The notes under the pieces: generated by a model
What the model saw: only the letters and a program-made list of their open reading frames with translations
Told to the model about the DNA's origin: nothing
Database searches by the model: none
Translations under genes and position numbers: made by a program
NCBI GenBank assembly: GCA_964637695.1
Contig: CAZWVF010000009.1
Coordinates: 1 to 55,971, forward strand
Length of the DNA: 55,971 nucleotides
Reading direction: 5' to 3'
Origin: an uncultured Gemmatimonadota bacterium
GTDB taxonomy: Bacteria; Blakebacterota; Blakebacteria; Blakebacterales; Blakebacteraceae
Shown: in pieces, positions 37,723 to 47,105 of the stretch
Layout of the letters: each line of letters opens with the position of its first letter
How positions within the stretch are numbered: the stretch's first letter is position 1

Positions 37723-38808
37723 CTAACTTATCTCCTGTAGTTGCAGCAAGCGGGAGGCATCGGTGAGCAGTACCGGACCTTCTGCGGCGACTGCAACATT
37801 CTCCTCGATACGTACCCCCCCCCTTCCGGGAACATATATCCCCGGCTCAATCGTAAAAACCATCCCCTCGGTCAGTGTATCCTCAGTGGTTCGTGTAACA
37901 TGAGGACCTTCGTGCACCTCCAGACCTATCCCGTGACCGAGATTGTGAATAAAATAGTCGCCGAGACCGGCCTCGTCGATAACTCCTCTTGAAGCTGCAT
38001 CCAGATCCCTGCAGGGAATACCCGGTTCTACCAGCGCGAGCGCCGCTTCAATTGCCTCGTCTAGGATTTCCTGCCACTCCAGAAAATCGGGATCTGCTTC
38101 CCCGATCGCAAAGGTACGCGTAAGGTCGCTGTGGTAGCCGTCCCATATGGCTCCGAAGTCTATGATCACGCATTCCCCATCACAGATCTCTTTACCTGAG
38201 GCGCGTCCATGCGGCATGGCTCCGCGTATGCCGGATGCCACTATCGGTTCGAAGGCACTCCCTTCACTGCCATGGCGGCGAAGACTCTCTTCAATGGCAC
38301 CGGCTACGGCAAGTTCGGTTAATCCCGGTTTCACATTTACGGTCACCTCCACCATCACAGAAACGGCTATATCTGCAGCCTTCCGTATGCTTGCGATCTC
38401 TCCCGCGTCCTTGGAAAGCCGTAATTGTTCTATGGCGCCTTCAACCGGATTCCATTCGACCTGCGGAAAGGAGGAACTCAACTCTTCCGCTTCTGCTACA
38501 CTCAGGCGCCCGGATTCAATACCGACTCTTTGACCGGCGCTGAGAAGACCCTTTAATGCCAGACGAAGAGGCCCCTCAACGATCTCGATGTCAGCATCCC
38601 TGACTTCGTCTCTACTCTGTTCGGTATAGCGTCCATCGGTAAAGAAGCGGGATGAATCTGGAGTAATCAGCAGATGCGCGTTCGATCCGGAGAAACCGCA
38701 CAGGTACCTGTGGTGCACGGGTTCTGTAACCAGGTATGCGTCGAGGTTTTCCAGCTGAGACAGATCCCAGAGTGCAGCCTTCCGCCGGCTGTATGTGCCA
38801 GCGGACAT
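37723..38808 (-). CDS. Xaa-Pro aminopeptidase/dipeptidase (M24B)
   Basis: FTDGRYTEQ, IVASG...PHG, IDFGA...YHSDLTRT, HNLGHGIGLEVHE, FTIEPGIY, GVRIEE. Confidence 0.93.
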   Translation of the reverse strand: MSAGTYSRRKAALWDLSQLENLDAYLVTEPVHHRYLCGFSGSNAHLLITPDSSRFFTDGRYTEQSRDEVRDADIEIVEGPLRLALKGLLSAGQRVGIESGRLSVAEAEELSSSFPQVEWNPVEGAIEQLRLSKDAGEIASIRKAADIAVSVMVEVTVNVKPGLTELAVAGAIEESLRRHGSEGSAFEPIVASGIRGAMPHGRASGKEICDGECVIIDFGAIWDGYHSDLTRTFAIGEADPDFLEWQEILDEAIEAALALVEPGIPCRDLDAASRGVIDEAGLGDYFIHNLGHGIGLEVHEGPHVTRTTEDTLTEGMVFTIEPGIYVPGRGGVRIEENVAVAAEGPVLLTDASRLLQLQEIS

Positions 38809-38831
38809 TTAACTTTCCGTTCCGGGTATGT

Positions 38832-38906
38832 CTAGTGCCATGTCACGTGACAAATGTCGGCACCGAGAGTGACGCCTCGCTCGGCTGTTGCGTGACAGGG
38901 CATTAG
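38832..38906. mobile_element. 75-bp internally deleted copy of the 166-bp MITE-like repeat (reverse orientation)
   Basis: Keeps both terminal inverted repeats (CTAGTGCCATGTCACG / CGTGACAGGGCATTAG, 14/16 complementary) and the subterminal TCACTCTCGGTGCCGAC block, but lacks the central hairpin. Confidence 0.75.
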
Positions 38907-38935
38907 GCTCAATGGATCGGAATCCGGATTGCCAT

Positions 38936-40552
38936 CTATTCCTGAAGACGCCGGAGTTCTTCCAGACGTTCCTTGTAGGAAGCTCTATCCGGCTCCCAGA
39001 GGTGGAGGGCCTCCAGCAGCCTTATCGCCTCATTGGCGTGTCCCTTGGCGACCAGAATCTCAGCCTGGATGGCCAGTTTGATGGAATCTTCGGCATCTTT
39101 TATCTGTACGGTGCCCCCCTCAGCCAGCACATTTTCAGACTCCGCATCGGCAGCATAAGGGAGTGCTTCCTCTCCCTCTCCCTCTCCCCCTCCCTCACCT
39201 TCCTCACCTGCAGCTTCTGCTCCCTCCATTGCGATCTCATCCAGAGCTGTTTCTTCCAATCCGACCGAATCACCCTCCAGCTCCATTGTATCCAGCTGCT
39301 CTGTTGCGGCAGCTTCGTCGGGTTGCATATCGAGATCGCTCTCCAGGGCCTGCAGCGCAGCCTCAACATCGGATGAGGGCTCGGTTGTATCAGTGGCTGC
39401 TTCACCTGCGGCACCTTCATCAGGTACACCCACGTCGTATCCACTGTCCAGTTCGAGTCCTTCTGATGCCTCCTGTACGGCCTCTTCGGAGAGTTCGACC
39501 GGTCCCAGAACCATCTCCTCCTCTCCCAGGACAGAAGCAATCTTCCCTTTATCTTCTCCCGGCAGTTCCCCCTCATCTTCAGAGGTTGCAGAGAAGGGCA
39601 GATCCTCCATAGCATCACCTGCAGATCCAGTTTCCAGACCTTCAATAAGTGAGACCTCCCGTTCCTCATCTCCAGTATCTTCGACTGGCAGAGCTCCTTC
39701 CAGCTCCAGATCGGGTGCATCAGCCGGCGTTTCGACGGGTTCGGCATCCGGTACGATCTCCGGTTCCACCCCGGTTTCTGTTTCCGATTCGCTTATGAGG
39801 TTCTCAAGATCTTCCATCCCGCTGTAACCTGCCTCTTCTACAGTGTCAGCCTGCTCCAGGATCTTTTTCCATATGTCATCTTTGGAGCTATCCTCACGCG
39901 CCCCCTCATCTGTCACTTCCAGCTTCTCACTCTCCAGAGGGCTTTCTTCAAGATCATCTTCACCCTGGTCACCTTCTATCGAGGACCCCGCACCATCCAG
40001 AAGCGCTTCGAGTTCCTTCAAGGCATCCTCGGGACTTCCCAGATCGTCCAGTTCCTGGACGATTTCAGCCTTCGGCTCGTCAGGCTGTTCTACTATCTCA
40101 TCTTCAGGTTCCAGGTCGTCGGCTCTCTCATCAACCATTTCGGGTCCTCCCTCATGTTCTTCCTCGGTCAGTGGCCGCATATCATGGTCACGACCGAGGG
40201 AGCGACATTCAAGTGCCAGGTCGATCTGCCCCGATTCATCGTAGCACATTGCCAGCATTTCCAGAAGGGCGGGAGTGGGGCCATCCAGCTGCAACGCCCG
40301 TTCCAGCGGTTCACAGGCGGCTTCCCACGACTTCTGTTCGATATGCACGCGTGCCAGCACAATATATCCGGCGGCGTAAAGTGGATGCGCCGCAACACCT
40401 CTTCTGGTGAGCTGCAGCGCTTCATCCACCCGTCCCTCTTCCAGCAGAGCATCTGCTGCCACAGCAAAGGAGAAATCAGAGATCATCTCTTCTTCCCACG
40501 AGGCGGAATACTCCCGGGGCAGGGAGGGACGCATCGAATAACCGCTAATCAA
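38936..40552 (-). CDS. Tetratricopeptide-repeat protein with long acidic low-complexity linker
   Basis: N-terminal TPR-like helices (ALLEEGRVDEAL...YAAGYIVLARVH), Glu/Asp-rich central region of about 350 aa, C-terminal TPR-like helix pair; start uncertain. Confidence 0.65.
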   Translation of the reverse strand: MISGYSMRPSLPREYSASWEEEMISDFSFAVAADALLEEGRVDEALQLTRRGVAAHPLYAAGYIVLARVHIEQKSWEAACEPLERALQLDGPTPALLEMLAMCYDESGQIDLALECRSLGRDHDMRPLTEEEHEGGPEMVDERADDLEPEDEIVEQPDEPKAEIVQELDDLGSPEDALKELEALLDGAGSSIEGDQGEDDLEESPLESEKLEVTDEGAREDSSKDDIWKKILEQADTVEEAGYSGMEDLENLISESETETGVEPEIVPDAEPVETPADAPDLELEGALPVEDTGDEEREVSLIEGLETGSAGDAMEDLPFSATSEDEGELPGEDKGKIASVLGEEEMVLGPVELSEEAVQEASEGLELDSGYDVGVPDEGAAGEAATDTTEPSSDVEAALQALESDLDMQPDEAAATEQLDTMELEGDSVGLEETALDEIAMEGAEAAGEEGEGGGEGEGEEALPYAADAESENVLAEGGTVQIKDAEDSIKLAIQAEILVAKGHANEAIRLLEALHLWEPDRASYKERLEELRRLQE

Positions 40553-41063
40553 CTTCCGCCGGTCCCGTGTATGCGCTGAGAATCCTTTCCAGAAGTTGCG
40601 TACTGGAATAACCCGCCCTGAGTGGAATCAGCACTACCTCTCCACCCCTCTCTATTAATTCTTTACCACCCACAACATCGTCTTCAGCATAATCACTCCC
40701 CTTGACCAGCACATCCGGCTGCAGAAGTTCAATCAGATCGAGTGGTGTGTCCTGCTGGAAAGGGATGACCAGGTCAACAGATTCGAGAGAGGCAATCACA
40801 ATCGACCTGTCATCCTCGCTGTTCACAGGTCTGCCATCTCCTTTGCCCAGCCGACGGGCACTCTCATCGTCATTTACTCCGACCAGCAGATAATCACCAA
40901 GATTTTTTGCCTCTGCCAGATACTCTATATGCCCGCGATGCAGCAGATCGAATACACCGTTTGTAAAGACGATTTTCTTCCCATCAAGGTGTTTTTTTCT
41001 GCAGAAGGCAGCTGCTTCGTTCCAATTGACGATCTTGCCCATCAGATCACTCTTCTCCATCAC
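40545..41063 (-). CDS. rfaE2: D-glycero-beta-D-manno-heptose 1-phosphate adenylyltransferase (HldE C-terminal-type)
   Basis: VFTNGVFDLLHRGH, VGVNDD, GRPVN, DTPL, PDVLVKGSDY, GYSST. Confidence 0.93.
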   Translation of the reverse strand: MMEKSDLMGKIVNWNEAAAFCRKKHLDGKKIVFTNGVFDLLHRGHIEYLAEAKNLGDYLLVGVNDDESARRLGKGDGRPVNSEDDRSIVIASLESVDLVIPFQQDTPLDLIELLQPDVLVKGSDYAEDDVVGGKELIERGGEVVLIPLRAGYSSTQLLERILSAYTGPAEVD

Positions 41064-42048
41064 AGACTGCCAGGAGAAGTCTCTCAGGAGTGATCACCAC
41101 AACACCTACTTCACCCACAACCACTCCGGCGGCATAATTGGCGAGTGTCACTGCATCACGCACATCACCTCCGGCAGCCAGGACCGAAGCAAGTGTCGCA
41201 ATCACGGTATCGCCGGCTCCCGAGACATCAAACACATGCCGGGCGCGAGTGCCCACGTGAGTGACAGAGTCATCTGACTCCAGCAGTGTCATCCCGAGTT
41301 CGCCACGGGTAATCAGGACATTTTCCGTATCGAGACGTTTCTTCAGCAGGCGGGCAGCTTCTGCAACACTCTCGTCGTCAAAGAGCCTGGTTCCCAGCGC
41401 GGTCTCGACTTCTTTCAGATTGGGTTTAAAAACGGTCACTCCTTTGTATTCGAAAAACCGTTCGAATTTCGGATCGACGGTGACAGGGAGCCCCGATTCG
41501 TTCAGCAAGGGCAGCACATTCTCCAGTACGACAGTCGAGAGTACACCTTTGTTGTAATCCTGCAGGATAACGGCATCCGCATCACTCAGAGCATCGGCAA
41601 CGTTCTTGCAGAGACCGAGGGCTGCGTCTCCATCGGCGGGAACCGTATCCTCCCAGTCGGCGCGGACAACATGCTGCTGGTGAGCTATGATCCGGGTTTT
41701 TACACTCGTATGTCTCCCGGGATCCTCATGGAGTCCGCTGGTTGAAATGCCTTCTCTCTCCATAAGAGAGAGAAGTTCATCGGTGGCCGATCCCTCTGGT
41801 CCGATCAGGCCGACCAGCAACGGCTCGGCTCCCAGTGACAGAATATTCGCTGCTACATTGCCTGCCCCACCGAGTCGTACAGCTTCCTCCACAACCTCCA
41901 CAATCGGTACAGGAGCTTCTGGAGACATGCGGGATACCCGCCCCCACACATAGCGATCGAGCATGACATCCCCGATGATAAGGATACGCTTCCCTTTAAG
42001 GTTGAAGAGGTGCTCCTCCAATTGTCCGACTTCCATCTCAGTCAACAA
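41047..42048 (-). CDS. rfaE1: D-glycero-beta-D-manno-heptose 7-phosphate kinase (HldE N-terminal-type)
   Basis: IGDVMLDRY, RMSPEAPVP, LGGAGNVAAN, LQDYNKG, VDPK, FKPN, ITRGELGM, DVSGAGDT. Confidence 0.93.
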   Translation of the reverse strand: MLTEMEVGQLEEHLFNLKGKRILIIGDVMLDRYVWGRVSRMSPEAPVPIVEVVEEAVRLGGAGNVAANILSLGAEPLLVGLIGPEGSATDELLSLMEREGISTSGLHEDPGRHTSVKTRIIAHQQHVVRADWEDTVPADGDAALGLCKNVADALSDADAVILQDYNKGVLSTVVLENVLPLLNESGLPVTVDPKFERFFEYKGVTVFKPNLKEVETALGTRLFDDESVAEAARLLKKRLDTENVLITRGELGMTLLESDDSVTHVGTRARHVFDVSGAGDTVIATLASVLAAGGDVRDAVTLANYAAGVVVGEVGVVVITPERLLLAVCDGEE

Positions 42049-42469
42049 AAGGTCCTTTCAGAAAAATCTTTTCGCCGGGAGCTTCGACCCGCCACTTCTG
42101 TCTCCACGCTTCTTCCTCGAGTGCTTCCAAAAGATCGAATACATCCTCGAAATCTTTCAGGTCGTCGTCCTCCGTCTTGCTCAATATCCCTTCATCTATC
42201 AGATGGTGGACGATCACTCCGAAATCCTTTGTGTGGGATATTCCCCACTGGTCGAACACATTCACCGCCATCCTGCCGAACCTTTCGTGAGCCAGCCAGA
42301 CGATCCCTTTCAAAAGTTCAGGACCTGACAGGTGGCGTCTGACAGTCAGGTTTTCGGCAATTCTGTTGAGCGCGTCCATTGTGAAAAAATAAGCTTCCGG
42401 TGGATAGACTCCACGCCTTCGCGCTATTGAATTGACAGCACTCTTTATTTCCAGAAACTCCAGATCCAC
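42038..42469 (-). CDS. Minf_1886-family conserved protein
   Basis: YPPEAYFF, RHLSGPELL, FGRMA, WGISHTKDFGVIV, LSKTEDDDLKDF pattern. Confidence 0.7.
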   Translation of the reverse strand: MDLEFLEIKSAVNSIARRRGVYPPEAYFFTMDALNRIAENLTVRRHLSGPELLKGIVWLAHERFGRMAVNVFDQWGISHTKDFGVIVHHLIDEGILSKTEDDDLKDFEDVFDLLEALEEEAWRQKWRVEAPGEKIFLKGPFVD

Positions 42470-42524
42470 TGGTCTTCACAGCTCCCTGTCTAGAACACCG
42501 GTTACAGCAGGCCGCAGGCCATGA

Positions 42525-42884
42525 TTATGGTACCGTGTCATTGATTGCCACCACTACATTTATGCCTGTTTCCTCCGTGTACTCAAGAACTACACCTTCT
42601 ATGAAAATCGCCGCATTCAGAGTGACACTTTCCGGACTATTGCTTACCGCCCTGAGATAAACCGGATCACCCGAATCCACTCCCATGTATTTCTGCCATG
42701 GCAGGGCTGCATCATCCACACCGATGGTATCTGTTCCTGCTTCCAGGTATTTGATGTCAGCCGTGACGCCCGTGCTGCCCAGTGCCTGAACCTGATATAC
42801 GAGTTCGATCTGCTCCGGATCAGCGCAGCCTGAACCGACCGCTGCCAGCAGCAACAAACATTTTATCCGCGTCAGCCGCCTCAT
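42525..42884 (-). CDS. Small lipoprotein (MmpS-like beta-sandwich possible)
   Basis: Lipobox GSGC after hydrophobic signal; YQV...IKY...LPWQK pattern. Confidence 0.6.
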   Translation of the reverse strand: MRRLTRIKCLLLLAAVGSGCADPEQIELVYQVQALGSTGVTADIKYLEAGTDTIGVDDAALPWQKYMGVDSGDPVYLRAVSNSPESVTLNAAIFIEGVVLEYTEETGINVVVAINDTVP

Positions 42885-42895
42885 GACTGCTCTCC

Positions 42896-43987
42896 TTAAA
42901 CAGCAAACTTGATATTCAGTACATCACCATCAGCTACAGGGTAAGATTTCCCTTCCTGTCTGACCATTCCATCTTTTCTGGCTGCTGCCCACGATCCGGC
43001 TTCAACCAGTTCGTCCACTCCCATTACCTCTGCCCGTATGAATCCTCTGGCCATGTCGGAGTGTATGCCTGCCGCAGCCTCCAGGGCGGACCGACCCCTG
43101 CGCAGTGTCCAGGCACGCAGTTCCTTTCCGCCTGTGGCAGTATAAAAGGTAACCACATCGAGGGCCATATACGCCGAATGGACAACCTCGATTGCCCCCC
43201 CGGGATCAACCCCGTAACCGGCTGCAAATTCCTCCGCTTCATCAGCGGGAAGTCTACCAAGTTCTACAAGGAGATCGGCACAGAGAACCACAATATTCGC
43301 ATCGTGAGCGGCAGCCCATTCGGCCCATTCACCTGCAACTTCAACGGGCAGTTGTTCCTCCCCGATATTTACGACCGGAACAAGCGGCTTGGCAGTCAGG
43401 AATCCGAATCCCCTGAGGAGTTTCTCCTCCTCTGCCGAAAGATCCACATCCCCTGCCCCACTGCCTTCATCCAGAGCGGCAGCGATCCGGTCCAGGGCTT
43501 CGGCTTCAACCTTCTCCCCGGCACTCGCTCCCGCTTTGGCAATCAGAGCTTTCAGCCGTTCCAGTCGTTTCTCGGCCGATTGCAGGTCTGCGACTATCAT
43601 ATCGGTCCAGACCGATTCCAGATCAGCCACCGGATCTACAGGGCCCGCCGGATGTGGCACCGAGGGACGGCCGAAGGAGCGAACCACCACTATCAGAGCA
43701 TCCGCGGTGCGTGCTGCCCCCATCGTCTTCTCATCCAGTCCCCGACCGCCGCGGCCCGCAGCTCCTTCTGAGAAACCCGGTATATCTGCCATCTCTACGG
43801 TGGCTCTCGATACCTGAGGGTGCGGTATTGCCGAGGCCAGTCGCTCGAGGCGATCATCGGGAACTTCGAACACACCCAGCTGCACATTCCCCTCGGCCCC
43901 TGTTCCGGTGGCTGCGTCGAGACCGGTTAGAGCGGAAAAGAGCGTCGTCTTTCCCGAAAGAGGCGGACCCACTATTGCCAGACGCAT
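42896..43987 (-). CDS. ychF: YchF/Obg-family ATPase, divergent paralogue
   Basis: P-loop GPPLSGKTTLF, DIPG, VVRSF, NIGE (NxxE), ELRAWT, IHSDMARGFIRAEV, GKSYPVADGDV TGS domain. Confidence 0.8.
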   Translation of the reverse strand: MRLAIVGPPLSGKTTLFSALTGLDAATGTGAEGNVQLGVFEVPDDRLERLASAIPHPQVSRATVEMADIPGFSEGAAGRGGRGLDEKTMGAARTADALIVVVRSFGRPSVPHPAGPVDPVADLESVWTDMIVADLQSAEKRLERLKALIAKAGASAGEKVEAEALDRIAAALDEGSGAGDVDLSAEEEKLLRGFGFLTAKPLVPVVNIGEEQLPVEVAGEWAEWAAAHDANIVVLCADLLVELGRLPADEAEEFAAGYGVDPGGAIEVVHSAYMALDVVTFYTATGGKELRAWTLRRGRSALEAAAGIHSDMARGFIRAEVMGVDELVEAGSWAAARKDGMVRQEGKSYPVADGDVLNIKFAV

Positions 43988-44035
43988 AAGCTCCCTGAAA
44001 AAACGGGCGAAGTGTGGAACAGGTATTGAAAGACT

Positions 44036-44201
44036 CTAGTGCCCTGTCACACGACAACCGTCGCATTCGACCGGCGCCGAATCCCGACCGGCTGCGTTCC
44101 GCCTCCTCGCCATAGCCACCGCTATGCCTCGTCGCCGCGCCTTGCAGGCCGGACCCGGCATCACTCTCGGTGCCGACGTTTGTCACCTGACACGACTCTA
44201 G
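44036..44201. mobile_element. 166-bp MITE-like repeat, copy 2
   Basis: 141/166 identity to 6018..6183; CTAG at both ends; hairpin at 44111..44126; followed by a second left end (CTAGTGCCCTGAGTCACG). Confidence 0.8.
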
Positions 44202-44258
44202 TGCCCTGAGTCACGAAACGCTGAATAGATGGTAGAAAAGCTGTGTGTTCAGTGGTAG

Positions 44259-45116
44259 TTAAAACCAGTCCAAATAGACGATTCTGAATTCTCTGCCCGC
44301 ACCTCCAAGAGTGTCTGCAATGTTCTTGATGGTTGCTGATTTATCCGCCCCCCGCACGTTATCGAGCAGATTCGTGAAATAGAATTCGAGACGCAGGTGA
44401 GGACTGGCCGCCCACTTCACACCGAAGTTGAGATAACCGTTGCCGTATCCGATCGATTCGTCACCGTTATCGTTCAGTGCGGCATCATATTCTGCGATCA
44501 GATAGAGAAAGGGACTCATAGAGATGTCGACACCCAGAAAAGTATTCAGATCGTTGTCATCGTCCGTTTCACGACTCCTGTTCAATCCAAAATGAAAGCC
44601 CATTTCAGTCAGGATCCTGTAATTCTTGCTCAATACCAGATAGAATCCCGGTGATTTCACTGCATAACGGTCGAGATTCACCGAAGGATCGGGATCGCTC
44701 AGGTGAGGACCGAATCCCTGACCTGCATATCCGATAGCCAGTGCAGGCAGAAGGGTCGATTCAGGTATGAGCCGCGCTTTGAAGGCGAATTCCACATTTG
44801 GATTCCATTCTACTTTTCCCCTCCCGATAACGTTCTCTGCCCCGTAGCTGAATCCGATATTGACCCCGCGCAGGAATCCGATCGTTACGAAGGAGTACAA
44901 CCCGCCTTCAGGATACATACGCATATCGATTTCATAGTTGCCACGATCGAGCAGTCCGGCTATAGGCATATTAACCAGATTTGAGAACTGAAGCCCTGAT
45001 CCATACTCGGGTGGAGGAGGCACCTCCTCCTGGGCAGCAGCGGAAAGAGGCACTGCCAGAATTACTGTCAATGCGATGGGGAGTAATCCCTGACGGATGC
45101 TCTGAGCGGCTTTCAT
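44259..45116 (-). CDS. YjbH-like outer-membrane beta-barrel protein
   Basis: ATG 45116 with GGAGG SD, signal peptide ending AAA-Q, PIAGLL, NIGFSYG, PALAIG, YLNFGVKW, terminal aromatic WF. Confidence 0.6.
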   Translation of the reverse strand: MKAAQSIRQGLLPIALTVILAVPLSAAAQEEVPPPPEYGSGLQFSNLVNMPIAGLLDRGNYEIDMRMYPEGGLYSFVTIGFLRGVNIGFSYGAENVIGRGKVEWNPNVEFAFKARLIPESTLLPALAIGYAGQGFGPHLSDPDPSVNLDRYAVKSPGFYLVLSKNYRILTEMGFHFGLNRSRETDDDNDLNTFLGVDISMSPFLYLIAEYDAALNDNGDESIGYGNGYLNFGVKWAASPHLRLEFYFTNLLDNVRGADKSATIKNIADTLGGAGREFRIVYLDWF

Positions 45117-45171
45117 AGTTATCCCTCCAATCATCCGAATTATAAAGGAAGGGTCCGATGCTGGTACCCCC

Positions 45172-46326
45172 TCAATCTGGATTACGCCGTATCCGGAGAT
45201 ATGTTTCTGTCGACAGCTTTTCACTTTTCACGGTGAGGCTGTCGATCAACTCTCGATCCACTTCGATACCTGTCCCCGGTTCCCCCCTTCTCAGTTGAAT
45301 TGTTCCATCAGGTCGCATGCTCCATTCAGGCGTTACGATATCCCGCTGCCAGTAGCGGGAACTGGGGGATATATCGCCGGGAAAACGGAAGTTGGGCAGT
45401 GACGCCAGCGCAACGTTATATCCCCTTCCAACACCGCTTTCGAGCATCCCGCCGCACCAGACAGGGATACCTGTCTGCTCGCACAGGTCGTGGATTGCGA
45501 TGGAAGGAGAGAAACCACCCACCCGCCCCGGTTTGATGTTGACAATTTTACCGCTGCCCAGCTCGATCATATCGCGCACCCGGTCAACCGAAGTGATCGA
45601 TTCATCGAGACAGATTGGCGTATTCAACCTGGCCTGCAGAGTGGCATGCTGAACCAGATCATCCCACGCGAGCGGCTGCTCGATCATCAGCAGGTCCAGA
45701 TTATCGAGGGCCTGAAGCGTTTCCATGTCAGCAAGGGTGTAGGCATTATTGGCATCCACCATGAGAGGAGCCTCAGGAAACTGTTCCCGCAAGCCGGATA
45801 CGAACTCAATGTCCGCCCCCGGCATCACCTTTACCTTGATCTTCCTGTAACCCTCCTGCAGACAGGCCGACGCCCTGATGGCCAGCTCCTCCGGAGTCGA
45901 CTGAATGCCGATAGAGACTCCCACTTCGATCTGATCCCTGACACCTCCGAGCAGATCGGAAAGAGAGATGCCCTGACGTCTGGCTTCCAGCTCCCACATT
46001 CCCATCTCCACTGCGGCTTTCGCCATGTTGTGTCCCCTGAAGTCCCTGACAAGCAGAGACCACACATCTGCAGGAGAATCGAAGACTTTTCCGATCACCC
46101 TGGGAAGCACATAGTCACGGATCGCCAGCCAGGCTGTCTCTATGGTTTCGCAGGAGTAGTTCGGATACTCTCCTGCAACACACTCAGACCATGCAGTGGT
46201 GCCCTCGCCATCATCGAGCTCCAGCAGAAGTATCCGTCTGTCAGATGTAACTCCAGATGAGATCCGGAACGGTTCCTTCAGGTGAAGCGATACCTCCCTG
46301 AGGGTAACCGACTGTAATGTCAGCAA
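45172..46326 (-). CDS. menC: o-Succinylbenzoate synthase / N-succinylamino acid racemase (enolase superfamily)
   Basis: KEPFRIS, KIKVK, VDAN, IEQP, LDES, NIKPGRVGG, WCGGMLESGVG, PGDIS. Confidence 0.85.
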   Translation of the reverse strand: MLTLQSVTLREVSLHLKEPFRISSGVTSDRRILLLELDDGEGTTAWSECVAGEYPNYSCETIETAWLAIRDYVLPRVIGKVFDSPADVWSLLVRDFRGHNMAKAAVEMGMWELEARRQGISLSDLLGGVRDQIEVGVSIGIQSTPEELAIRASACLQEGYRKIKVKVMPGADIEFVSGLREQFPEAPLMVDANNAYTLADMETLQALDNLDLLMIEQPLAWDDLVQHATLQARLNTPICLDESITSVDRVRDMIELGSGKIVNIKPGRVGGFSPSIAIHDLCEQTGIPVWCGGMLESGVGRGYNVALASLPNFRFPGDISPSSRYWQRDIVTPEWSMRPDGTIQLRRGEPGTGIEVDRELIDSLTVKSEKLSTETYLRIRRNPD

Positions 46327-46502
46327 TATTCACAGCTCCGTTTCAGGTATGGGAACATTTACCACATAGAAGATGTCCATACTCTCTCCGTCGTTGATTT
46401 GCAAGAGCGCAAAGCCATAGTGTAAAGATCGTGCTTTTCTATTCCGTCTTTCTGATAGTTGAACGATCCGAAATATGAGCCGGCTGATCAGGAGAGGTTT
46501 CA

Positions 46503-47105
46503 ATGCAGGAGAACAGTACTGTATCCACCGACACAATTCTGGACCTTATAAGGTCGCGATGGAGTCCGAAGGTATATTCGAACCGTCCCGTCGAAAGGGA
46601 GCGCCTCCGTTTTGTGTTCGAAGCTGCCCGCTGGGCGGCATCTTCAATGAACGAGCAACCGTGGAGTTTCCTTGTGGCGGCAAGAGATGAACCGGAGAAA
46701 TTCGAGAGGATGGCAGATTGCCTGTCTGAGGGAAATGCCGTATGGGCGCGCCACGCGCCAGTCCTGATCCTTTCGATTGCAAAATCGAGATTCGACTACA
46801 AGAACAGGGAGAATCGTCACGCCTGGCATGATGCAGGCCTGGCTACCCAGAACCTGATCATTCAGGCTGCTGCCGCAGGATTATTCGTCCACTCCATGGC
46901 CGGATTCTCTGCAAGCAGGGCTGTGGAGCTGCTTGAAATACCTGACGGGCATGAGCCGGTCGCAATGCATACACTCGGCTACCTGGGCGATCCTTCAGAT
47001 ACACCGGAAGAGATCGTGGATGGAGATCCGGCTAAAAGGAAGCGGCGCCCCCTGGAGGATTTCGTATTCACCGGTAAATGGGGAATTCCTTCAGATCTGA
47101 TATAA
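46503..47105 (+). CDS. Nitroreductase family protein
   Basis: IRSRWSPK, EAARWAASSMNEQPWSF, AWHDAGLA, HSMAGF, KRRPL. Confidence 0.92.
   Translation: MQENSTVSTDTILDLIRSRWSPKVYSNRPVERERLRFVFEAARWAASSMNEQPWSFLVAARDEPEKFERMADCLSEGNAVWARHAPVLILSIAKSRFDYKNRENRHAWHDAGLATQNLIIQAAAAGLFVHSMAGFSASRAVELLEIPDGHEPVAMHTLGYLGDPSDTPEEIVDGDPAKRKRRPLEDFVFTGKWGIPSDLI

Noticed and set aside
39165-39200. CT-rich simple repeat as a phase-variable tract
   Set aside because: It is imperfect and simply encodes GEGGGEGEGE within the acidic linker.
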